From assembly GCF_009914755.1 (NCBI RefSeq), contig NC_060936.1: 64,000 bases of DNA; one strand, given 5' to 3'. The notes beneath the pieces were generated by a model. That model was not told the origin of the DNA. It saw nothing but the letters and a program-made list of their open reading frames with translations, and did not search any database. The translations under genes and the position numbers were made by a program. How positions within the stretch are numbered: position 1 is the stretch's first letter; each line of letters opens with the position of its first letter. Shown piece by piece: positions 36,136 through 54,590 of this stretch. Source of the stretch: the human T2T-CHM13v2.0 reference genome, Homo sapiens.

Positions 36136-38517
36136 TAAAAGGACAGATTAGGTGGCTATAAGTTAGCGGGGGAGATAAGAACGTATCACCCGTTATTCTA
36201 AAGCAGGTGGCATATGAACGAGCATGTGGGTAATACACACCAAGTGATATAGGAGAGAAAGTGGAAGGGAGATCACTTTATGGCTTCTGGGTTTGAAAAA
36301 GTCTGAGATGTTGACTTGCATGAACTGTAGCAGCTGGTACCCTTGACTTCTGGCTTCCTTCTGGGTTTGGCCAACAGGAGGCACTAATGGGAAAGTAAGA
36401 TCAGGTGTTTGTTCCCCAGCTCCCCTCCCACTGGTCAGAGGTTGGCCACAGCCGCTGTCTGGACTCTGGTACAGTGACACCCTCCTGGAGACTCCAGGTC
36501 CCATTCCTTACCCTGGCACCTTCAGGCCAGGGTGGGAATAGCTCCCCTCTATGGCCAAGCCTGGGTACTGCATTCACTCTCGCTGGTTTCCCAAACCCTG
36601 CCCACGCCTTTGCTGTTGAAGCTGTCCTAAATTCTCCTCTGATTACTGAGTTTGGAAACACTTTCTGCCTCTTACTCGGGCCCTAATGGATACATCTGAC
36701 TGCATGAAAGATATGAGTCATAAACACATGGACCCCATAGTCAATGTCAGCTGACAGTCACAAGGATCCAAATCAGTGACTTCAAACCTTTTGCTTTTTT
36801 TTTTTTTTTTAAAGAAACTGGGTCTCGCTCTGCCACCCAGGCAGGAGTGCAGTGGCGCCATCATAGCTCACTGCACCCTCGACCTCCTGAGCTCAAGCGA
36901 TCCTCCCACCTCAGCCTCTAGCTGGGACTATCGGCATGCACCACCACATCTGGCTAATTTATTATTTTTATTTTTTCTTTTAGAGACAGGGTCTTTCTAT
37001 GTTGCCTAGGCTGGTCTCAAACTCCTGGCCTCAAGCAATCGTCCCACATTGGCCTCCCAAAGTGCTAGGATTACAGGTGTGCGCCACCACACCAGGCCAA
37101 TTCCCCTTCTATCTCACGAGGGCACAAACACAGTAGGAACTCTGCATTGTTATGTAGCCACCATATATTTTCATAGAATATGGAATTAGTCATCAATCAA
37201 CTCAATTGATAAATACATTCTAAATTTAGTTTATGAAACCAGCTTTTGTAACCCCTAAACATCTCTGTTGGTGTCTAGCCATAAACCTACAGAATGAAAG
37301 TCAGTGTAACCCTGCAGCATTAGCCTAAAATAATTATGCTGCCTTAAGCACAGGTGGGATGGAAGGAGAGACAGGAACACTTATTAAGTACCTATTATGC
37401 TATTGAGTGTGTGGACATCGTGCTAAGCATGGTTATCCGCACCAGATAAGGCCAGGTGCCTGCTTTAAATTTGCCTCCAGGCTTACTGGAAGGATATGCC
37501 ATGCCAGAGACCAGTACTGTAAATGACCAATATCTGGAGGTGAACCAATAGCCTAGAAGTCAGAATGGGGTTACAATTACCAGGGAAGCTTCAGCGCGGA
37601 CCCAGGATTTGATCAGGACCTAGAACACACACACATATTTTTTCCATATTTGGAAAAAGGAAGCGTGGCTTAGGTGGGGGAAGGGCCCAAACAAGACCAA
37701 GGACAGTGATAAGCATGGCACAAACAGGGAAGCGTGATGAGCAGGGAACTGTATCAGAAAGTTGTAGGAATTGAGGCCAGGTGCTATGGCTCACGCCTGT
37801 AATCCCAGCACTTCAGGAGACTGAGGAGAGAGGATTGCATAAGCCCAGGAGTTTGAGGCTGCTATGGGCTATATTTTATATATATAGGGTTTCTTTCTTT
37901 CTTTTTTCCAAGCAGCAGTAGTAATCGTGCAATTTAAAACTATTTTTAAAACATCAAGTCCATCAACCCCTGTGAGCCACTGCCCCACCCTTGGGATGTG
38001 TTCCCTTAAACTTGGCTCGTAAAGAATTTTCTCAGATGCTAACTCACAGCCAAAACTCGTGGCTGAAGTGATTCATGAAATACCTTTGAAAAAATGTCCC
38101 TGTTTCCATTTTTCATCCACCGTGTGAGGGGGGAGGCGGGCAGAGAGGGAGAACTTGAACCCACAAGGTCCTGCCTCCGTGGGCTGCAGTGATGTTGTGC
38201 CGCTTTGGGTATGGAAGGTGAAAGCTGAAAACCGTAAACCCCAGTGCAGCATTAGATGGGGCAAGAGGCTTATTCCCTTTTTCTGATGTCAGCAAAGAAT
38301 TAGGACTCTTGGATTCCCTCCTAAGAGGCCCCAATTTTTAATTAAAAAAAAACCTTGGCCGGGTGTGGTGGCTCTTGCCTGTAATTCCAGCACTTTGGGA
38401 GGCCAAGGAGGCCAGAAGTTCGAGACCAGCCTGGGCAACATGGCAAAACCTCATCTCTACTAAACATACAAAAATTAGCCAGGTGTGGTGGTGCACACCT
38501 GTAATCTTCGCTACTCA

Positions 38518-38700
<183 letters not shown>

Positions 38701-38911
38701 TCAAACAGCAAAGAAGAATATAAAAATAAAAGGAAAGCCCCTTCAACCCAACCCTTAAGCCCCACTCCCTTTCCCAGAGGCAGCCAGTATTACCGGCTGG
38801 TTGTGTAGCCTCCCAGAGTATTTTCTGGTCATTTGTATACGCCATGTCTCTTTTTTGTTCTTTTCCTACCATTAGGTTCCCAGAGCCCAGCACAACGCCC
38901 AGCGTATACTA

Positions 38912-39145
<234 letters not shown>

Positions 39146-39148
39146 TCA

Positions 39149-39304
<156 letters not shown>

Positions 39305-40022
39305 TCAGCAGGTTGATTTTGACCAAGGAGTTTCAATGGTACCAATCATCCTAGTCCCTAAGACTTGAAGGAAGGACTGGGCATGGTGGCATGTGTCCCT
39401 AATCCCTGCTACTCAGGTGGCTGAGGCAGGAGGATTGCTTGAGCCCAGGAGTTTGAGGCCAACCTGGACAATATAGCAAGACCCTGTCTCAAAAAAAAAA
39501 AAAAAAAAAGACTTGGAGGAGAAGCTCTCCATGCAGAATCCTCTTGAAAAGAAGATTGCTCCGGTCCATGTTATCCCTTAAATCTCCATCTGTATAGTTC
39601 ATGTCGGCCAGGTAGGAAGCTGAGTGCACAGGAGACTGTGGAAAGGAAGCTGAAAAGATGGCTAGGTTGTGATGTGTGAGGAAGGAAGAGGCCATTTGGC
39701 AGCCTCTGGAAGAAGTATTTGCTCTCCTTGGCCCAGCTCTCTTCTATCAGTGAACAGTTATCAATGCTATCAGCTACTAGATAGTGATTACTTAAAGTCT
39801 ATGGAGAGAGACCTGAGCTCCTACCCACTAGGAACTTACGGCAGGTGGGCCTTGGAAGCCCAACTCGCTTGACTTTCAGAAGGGTAAGCAGTGAGAGTTG
39901 GGTAGTAGCTCAGCTCAGCACAGAATCAACGCCAAAACAAACAAACAAAAAATACAGACTCTTCTTAAGGCAAACTGTGGCCTGTAAGATAATGTTGCCC
40001 ATGTCCCATGTCCCACATGTTA

Positions 40023-40722
<700 letters not shown>

Positions 40723-42036
40723 GTGCCTAACAACCTTGTTTACCCTACCAGAAAACAGGAAACAATGCAAATGTTCCCAAGGAAGTGACCATATAAGGAA
40801 ATCCTGGTTCATCCAAGCAACAGAACATCATGCAGCCATTAAAAAGGATGAGGAAAACCTTTGCGTGTTGACATGGGAAGATCTCAACCACCTATTTTTA
40901 GTGAGGAAAAAGCAGGTTACAAAACAGCATGAACAGTATGAGCTCATGTATTTAAAATAGGATGCGTGTGTGGGTGTCTATGCATCAAGGGAAGAGCATA
41001 GGGGGCTCCCTGAAATCAGGGGTCATGAACTGAAATGCACTGGACCCACTAAAGGTACCCAGGAGGGGCTGGGGACACTGTAGTGTTTTTGTGCTTTCTA
41101 AAGGGGTTTCTGACATTCATCTCCAGCCTGTTTCTGCCACATGGGAATACATGTGTTAGAATACATTGTTAGATCTTTTCATTTTTCAAGAAAAATTGGA
41201 AATACAGGCTTCTACCTGAAAATGACTGATTTTTTTTTTTTATGGGATCTCACTTTGTTGCCCAGGCTGGTCTCGAACTGCTGGGCTCAAGTGATCCTCC
41301 TGCCCCAGCTTCCTGAGTAATGGGCACTACAGGAACATGCCACCACGCCTGGCTAAAATGCCTGACTTTTAAGTGTTGGGAGAAAACCACGCAGGTCAAA
41401 CAGAACTCAACTGCAAGCCAAATTCAGCTAGAAGACCACCCATTTTCACCCTGCCTGAGATACTCAGACACTCCTACTATCCCCTGGCATTTAAGCTCGC
41501 CTCATCTTAACCCTCAGCAGCTATCTCTGGGCCCCAGGTTCTCCATCTGTACAATGACGGAGATGGGTTAGATGTCTCTAATGTCGTGTCTGGCTCTGGC
41601 TATGTTTCCAGAACACAGACCCTTTTGGCTCACAGATCTTTTGAGAATTGGATCCAAACTATGTTTTCTGTCCCAAGTAGGGGAAAGTAGAAGAGGAGGA
41701 TGAAATCAGCCATGTTATTAGCTTGATTACTGGGTGTTCACAAATTTCCTGAGGCCTCCCCTACATTCATTCATTCATTCACCAGTTAGTGAATGTCACC
41801 ATGGCCAGGTGCTGGGATACAGTAATGGGCAAAATAGGCATGGCGGTTTGCATCTTTCTGGGACCTGAAGGCCAGTGTTGCCCGGGCTGGGAAGCCCTGA
41901 TCTAGTGGTTCTCCCAGCCCTGTCAGAGTGGCCTAAGTAGGCCCTTGGTGAGTCCCAGATTGGGGAAGGCAGGATTAAAGCAGATTAGCAACTGCCTTAA
42001 GCAAAAGGCTTACCATAAAGATGGGCCATACTATAA

Positions 42037-46742
<4,706 letters not shown>

Positions 46743-47586
46743 ACTTTTTAAAAAAGTAATATTATATCAAGTTTCCCAGAGCAATTAAATTCCACCCTGC
46801 CCAAGTCTCTGGCCCATGGAGCAAAGGTTCAGTGTGGGAAAGCTCTGTGGAAAGCAGCCATCTTGGATAAGCCAGTTGCCTCCCCACAGGAAAAGGAAGG
46901 AGCTTTCTCCTTGCCTGGCCAACCAGAAGTCGTAAAAGGATGCAACTTATTGATGTGGGCTAAATCAGAAATCCCCCACCCAACAGCAGGGGCACCAGTT
47001 TAGAGCAGGAAAGGAGAGGGGAGCCAGTGCTGAGTTGAATGGTGAGAGTTCTAAGGGTGATGGAAACCCAATCGATGTCCACAATGTTCCCCTGGCACTG
47101 AGGGGAGTGGGCATGAGTGAGTTGGTTCAGGGATCAGGACCTCTCAGACCTTGGCAGGAGGTGAACTGGTTTATTTCTACTAAGAGGTGAGGGCAGGGGC
47201 AAAGCCTGGGTCTCCTGTCTCTGAAAGAGTCTGGGGTCACCTGAGGGCTGTGGTTGGGACTCATTCATCTCTGCATCCCTGCATCTGGGCACCCAGCCCT
47301 GGCACCAAGCTACACTGCTTGTTTTTCTTTCCTGAAACGTACTATGCAGTCTTACCTCCGGGCCACTGGACTTAGCTCTCTCTCTTCCCAAAACACCTTT
47401 CTCGCATGTCTTCATATAGCTGGCTCCTTTCTGTCATTCAAGTCCACTATTCCCCTGGTTCCTCTTCAAAGTGTCCTGCCTTCCCTCATCACCACAGGTG
47501 AGGAGTCCCTGGGGCACTCTCTATTGTGTTACCTTTGTGTATTACCTTCAAAGCCCTGAGGAGTTTCTAAAATTATCTCTGTGTTA

Positions 47587-48420
47587 GATTGCATAATCCA
47601 AAGGTGGCCACTAAAATATCTCCCATTCCACATGCTATTCTAGAACCTCACCACTCCCCCATGAGGTGGAGTCTAATTCCGCCCCACCTTGAATCTGTAT
47701 CAGCTTGTGACTTGCTTCTGACCCAAGTGACTTTGGAAGCTGGGACAGAAAAAGCAAAGCAGCTTCCACCTAGTTCCCTGGGGTACTTGCTTTTGGAGCT
47801 CTCAGTCACTGTGTCAGAATCCGGCTGCCATGCTGTGAGGAAGCCCAAGCCACACGAAGAGGCTGAGTATAGCTGCTCCAATTGACAGCCCCAGCTGACT
47901 CCCAGTATTAACAGCCAGACATGTAAATAAGGTTGCCTCCCCACCCATGACTCCAGTCCCCAGCCATCCTGGAGCAGAGACAAGTCACCCCCACTATGCC
48001 CTGACCAAATTCCTAACCCACAGAATGTGTGAGCATGGTCAAATATGTCAGCCTTCCATATAGGTGAGTTCCACATCCATGGATTCAACCAACCTCAGAT
48101 CAAAACTATTGGAAAAAAAAATTTAAAAATAACACAAGTATAAAAAACACACATAAAAACAATACAGTATAATTAGTTACATAGCACTTACATTGTATTG
48201 GGTATTATAAGTAATCTAAAGATGATTTAAAGCCTACAGTGTGTGGGTTATATGCAAACACTACACCATTTTATATCAAGGACTTGGCATCCTTGGATTT
48301 TGGGATCCAAAGTGGGATCCTGGAACCACTCCCGCCCAGAGACAGAGGGATGGCTCTAGTTGTTTGAAGCAAAACTTAGTAGTTTTGGAGTAATTTGTTA
48401 CACAGAAGTAGTAACAAGAA
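47587..48420. mobile_element. MLT1 LTR with MER2/Tigger-like element inserted (~48047-48352)
   Basis: ctgccatgctgtgaggaagcccaagc...ccaaattcctaacccacagaa; catccatggattcaaccaacctcagat...ttatatgcaaacactacaccattttatatcaaggactt. Confidence 0.78.
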
Positions 48421-48569
48421 CAATATTTACTTATTGTCTGTCTCTTCCCACTAAAATGTGGGCTCCATGAAAGCAGGGAACTCTTATGTCTTGGTCCTTC
48501 CTGTATCCACAGTGCCCTATACACAGAAGGTACTCAATAATTAGCAGTTGTATAAGTGGAAGAACCTGA

Positions 48570-48929
<360 letters not shown>

Positions 48930-50139
48930 TGATTCATTTAACACAGCACATAGTTATTGTACACCTACTATGAGACAAGCAAGTTGCCAGGGACTAGGGA
49001 CACTGTGGGTTAGCTTTCTATTCCCGTGAAATCCTATCACAGGGACACTAGTGAGGACTACCAAGAAACGGAAGCCCCCTCCCCACCTCTCGTTATCTGC
49101 CTGTCTAAAAGGCTGACTTTTCAAAAACTCTAGAGTTATGATTGCCAAATCCAGCCAGCCCACATCTGGGGGTATATTTAATTATCCCCGGGTGTGGCTC
49201 TTTTCCATCCACAGCTCAGTCACTTGTACTCTGGCCTCTCACTATGCGAGCGGATGACTCCAGACAGAGACCATGTGGCAGGAAGGCTGCCTGGTTCTGC
49301 ACATCTGGCCCCTTCCCGGGGGGTTCCTCCCCAACAGCTGTCCTCCTCGGGCTCCCTCGCCAAACAGAAGGCCAAGCTTTCAAGCTCTAAAAGTAATTCT
49401 GGCAGGGGTGCTGCGAGCTGGGAGGGAGGCCTGCGGGATGCGCCTCCAGGTTTAACCACTTAATCCCCAAAGTACCTGCCAAGAACCAGTTAGCATGTCT
49501 GGCTGGTGGGCCAGGCTGTCATTAATTCATTAAAGCAGGCTCCCGCTGGCCCATTATCTTCCTTGCCACTGACCACGTCGCCTTATGGGCCTGCGGAGTC
49601 CCCCTCTCTCCCCTTCCCCTGCTCCCAAGGCAGGATTCTACCCAGCCCTGGCCCCGACTCCCAGGCAGATTCCTCGGCTCCATTCTCTCTCCCTCCCTGC
49701 CCCCTCCCCAGGCACGCTTCTCCCTCCCTCCCTCCCACGCCTCCGCCAGCCAGCACTCACCATAAAGCGTCTTTTGTTCCCTCTCTCCTGTATCTTTGAG
49801 TATTGACTGGTTAAATCATACCCATCCTCCTCCAGGCCTCCCCAGCCTCAGAGGAGCCTCCCCTGGGGCTCTGGAAGAAAGGGAATTTCACTTGTACAGG
49901 AATTCACTGTGCACCAACCCGGTCTGCTTACTGCCCCTATCTCCTCTTCCCCCGCAAGTCATGGGGTGGGGGGCGCTGTGTGCCCTCAAAGACAGAAGCT
50001 GCAGTTCCACTGGGGATCACTTAGGTGGATGCTCTCTGCCTCGGCTTCCCCTTTGAATTAAAAGGAATGACACTGACCATTTCATGACATCCTCTGTTGA
50101 GTGAAGTTAAGAGACAGACACTGCACTGGACTTTTTTGA

Positions 50140-50244
<105 letters not shown>

Positions 50245-50247
50245 TGA

Positions 50248-50436
<189 letters not shown>

Positions 50437-53400
50437 TAAATGAATGTTCTCTTATCATTCTCCCAATAACCCTGGAAGGATACAGCTCCAGTTTACAGAT
50501 AAAGGTGCAGAGGTAATGGTTCTTTCTCAAGGTCACGCTGTCAGCAAATGGCTGGACACTTAAGAGTCTCTTAACCATTATTCTCTCCTGACCCTTCTGG
50601 CACTGACTTCCCGGGAGGGCAGGTAGGAGTGGTGTGGAATGGCCAGCAATAATAATGGTAAAATGTTGACTACCTTGGGAAAGAATGATAGTAAATGCAC
50701 AATAATAATCATGATGGCTCACATGTATATCCACTGTTCTAGAGCTTTCCGTGTATGAATTCATTTAACCCCCTTAATAACGTGCCTATGCACTAAGTCT
50801 GGCTGGTGGGCCCCCATTTTTTGCCCCCATTTTACATATGGGAAAACTTAGTCTTGGGTTTTTGTTTCTGTTTGTTATTTTTTTAAAGGATGACTTCTGA
50901 GAAAAGTATTGCTGGTTCGCAGTAGAGACTCAAAACAAGTATGCTGGATATATGTATGTGTATATACACATATATGTTTTAAATTATTATTGAGATGGAG
51001 TCTCGCTCTGTCGCCCAGGCTGGAGTGCAGTGGTGTGATCTCAGCTCTTCTTGGCTGACTGTAACCTCCGCCTCCCAGGTTCAAGCGATTCTCCTGCCTC
51101 AGCCTCCCGAGTAGCTGGGATTACAGGTGTGCACCACCACGCTCAGCTAATTTTTGTATTTTTAGTAGAGATGGGGTTTCACCATGTTGGCCATGCTGGT
51201 CTCAAACTCCTGACCTCAGGTGATCCACCTGCCTTGGCCTCCCAAAGTGCTGGAATTACAGGCGTGAGCCAACCTGCCTGGCCTGTATGTTGAAAATATT
51301 GATTCTGCATATAGCGGAGCACACCCTTTAAACCTATGGGAATTGAAAGTGGTAGTTCCCACCCTATATGGCTGGCACAGGCCTCCCTCAAACACCTAAG
51401 GTACAGCTGTGAACATTCCCCTTTTTCTTTTAGGGTAGGGAAGGTGGAGAGCACCCCATATCCAGCATAGAACGCAACAGACTGTCTTCCTCCGGTGATT
51501 TTTCTTTCCCCTTTACTTAACTTACCAGAGCTGGGAAAAAATGAGTTTCCCCAAATTAAATCAAAAGCACAAGAAAGGCCGGAGCGGCTGGTATTCTGAG
51601 GTCAGATGTAGGCTGCAGGGAGAGAACTTGATCAGGGCCAGTGCAGGGAGCCCGAGCACTGAGAACCCGGCCTGGGAGCGCAGGAAGGCGGGTGGTGAGC
51701 AATTCTACGGGTGTCCCGAGGGTATGAGGGGCGGTGCTGCTGGGAAGCCGAGCGGGGCATCCTGAGGTCAGGGCGCCAGAGGCTGCAGAACCCTGGAGGG
51801 TGTGGCTGCAGGGGACGCCCGGGCGGGACAAGGCAGGTAGGAGAAGAACCCAGAGGTGTGGGAAGAGGGTGTCTCCGAGTCAGGGCGCAGCACGGAAGTA
51901 ACTCTGGGGTAGAAGGCGAGGGCGGGGCGGGGGAAATAAACTCCACAGAGACAATAACCTGCTGCTGCCCCCCAACACCGACTCAAAACAGCGAAACTCC
52001 TGGCCGCCGCCCTCCCCTGCAGCGCAGGCCCCAGTTACCCAACTCCTCCCCTGCGCTCCGGCGCAGAGCGGCGCAATCTGCCCGCCCCGCCCGCAGCCTC
52101 CCCTTCCAGGCCCCGGGAGCATTCCCACCCCGACACTCACACACCGGCAAACAGGAACACACAGTCAGGCTCCGGCCCGGAGTCCTCGGCCTCCCGGGAG
52201 GGGCACCCGACATCCCGCACGCCTGGTGCCGGAAGGGGAGAGCGTTTCCAATCTCCTGGACGACAGAACCAGAGAAAGCCGTGTCCCAGCCCTCTCTCCA
52301 CAGTTCTATTTGATTTTACTACCTTCCTCTCTTTCCTTCTCATTCACTTTTCAATTGTCTTGCAACTTGTTTTCCAGGCAGTTTCTCTTTTTCTCTATCC
52401 TCCCCAAACTTCTTGTCCCTCCCCATCTCGTCGCTTGTTTTTTCTCTTCCTCTTCGCCCACTTTTTTTCTGCCTCTTCCCAAATTCCACGCTTTGGGCTT
52501 CGCGTCTGTCGCTCAACTTCCTTTTTCTGCACCCCGCGATCCATCCAAAATGTTCTTCCTGTCCCTGGGATTGGGCAGCCTCAGCCTGGCCCCTTTCAGT
52601 CGCGGGAGCCCCTGGCCTCTCCAACAGGAGAGAGAGAAGGTAGGGAGAAGTGGATGGGACCCCCGGCGCCCGGGAGCCGGGCAGAGAGCGCCCCGAAGCG
52701 CGCATTTCTCTTCGCCAGCGCCCGGGCTGCGCGGGCCCACGCGACATCTGTCGCCTGCGGTCCCGGCTCACACCCCGCGCACCCCCGCAGCTCCCTGGGC
52801 GCTGCCACCCCCCACGCTCCGGCTGCCGCCTTTCCCCGCGGGCGCAGACGCTCGGGCCTCGCCTTCAGGCGCCGCTCCAACTTCCCAGGGTGTCTGCGGC
52901 GCGCGGCGGGGCTCGGGGGCGGGGACCTAAGGGCGGCTGGCTATGTCACCTTCGAGCTTCACCTTCCGGCCCTAGACCCATCTATGGTGGGCTCAGCCTG
53001 ATTCTCTCTCCCTCATTCTCTGCAGCGCTCCTCGCTACTCCAGGATCCAGAGTAGTAAGACGATGCTTACGCTGTGTGCTTCCTCAAAGCGCCTAGCACA
53101 GTGCCAGGCGCACAGCTAGGGCACAATGATCCCCCCACCCCAAGAGCCTAGTACCTTCCTCCCACTGATACCAACCACACTAGGTGCTCAGTACCCACTT
53201 CCTGTCCTAAGTTCTCAACACATGACCTCCCTAAACAGTGCCCAGCACCCCGAAGGAGCTCAATAAATGTTCCTTCCTTAAGGCTTCCCATTGGAGTTTC
53301 CCTGAAAGCCCCCTATTCCAGCCCACTCCGAGGGCGTCTCCTTCCCGTAGCAGCTACAACCGTCTGGGGAGAAGGAAGCCAAACTCCTTAAACAGGACAC

Positions 53401-54043
53401 CTCACTCGAGAAGGAGCGAAGTTGGCAGGGCAGAGGAAAATTGCAAATGCGCGGAGCTTGGGAAGAAAGATTGGGCCAGCCAGAAACCTGGAGGGGGAGG
53501 AAGTCTCGAGATGCGCTTGGGGTGCCAGATAATGGGGATCAGAGATTGGAGAAGTGACACTTAGGGACAAGAGGTTGGGAGCAAAGGTGATGGAGACGGG
53601 GGCGACTCAGGAACGGCAAGAGGATTGGAAGGGGACCGGGGACCTTTCTTGGAAGTGCGATAGATTTTAAGTATTTGGCGTGGCTTACAACTACATTCCC
53701 ATAGCAAGCACACTTTTTACTTGCATTGTGTGTTTATTTGTGGGGCTGGTGGGGATTATGGAGGCTGAAGTCCTCCGCAAGCCACTGAGCTATAAGTGAG
53801 TAGCAAGATGCGCTTAAGGACTCGCAGAGATGGGGGCAGAAACGGTGGACCTTACACTTGGAAGGGAAGACTGGGGACTGGGTAGAAGAGGAGAGGTGGA
53901 GATGCTTGCAAGAGAAGAGAACGGAGGAAGAAGGAGAAGGGAAAAGAAGAAAGCCAAACTTGCCACTCTCCCGCTCCCGGGCCAGCCCAGCGTCTCCAGT
54001 GCCCAGCTGCCGCGCCCCGGCTCTCGCTCGCTCGCTCGCGTAC

Positions 54044-54528
<485 letters not shown>

Positions 54529-54590
54529 CTATTATTAATTAAAGTGTCACATGGTGGAGGGGGGCGGGGAGGGGGGTTACATCATCCGGC
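54529..54590 (-). promoter_or_regulatory. HRK core promoter: TATA-like TTAATTAATAA (54529-54543), E-box CATGTG (54548-54553), GC box (54561-54569), ATF/c-Jun site TGATGTAA (54577-54584)
   Basis: Motifs read directly; AT-rich box stands out in GC-rich context; ATF-type site agrees with known JNK/c-Jun-ATF induction of dp5/Hrk. Confidence 0.8.

Noticed and set aside
51711-53096. Overlapping 140-234 aa ORFs
   Set aside because: Stop-poor GC-rich CpG island DNA, mostly non-ATG starts, no domain resemblance
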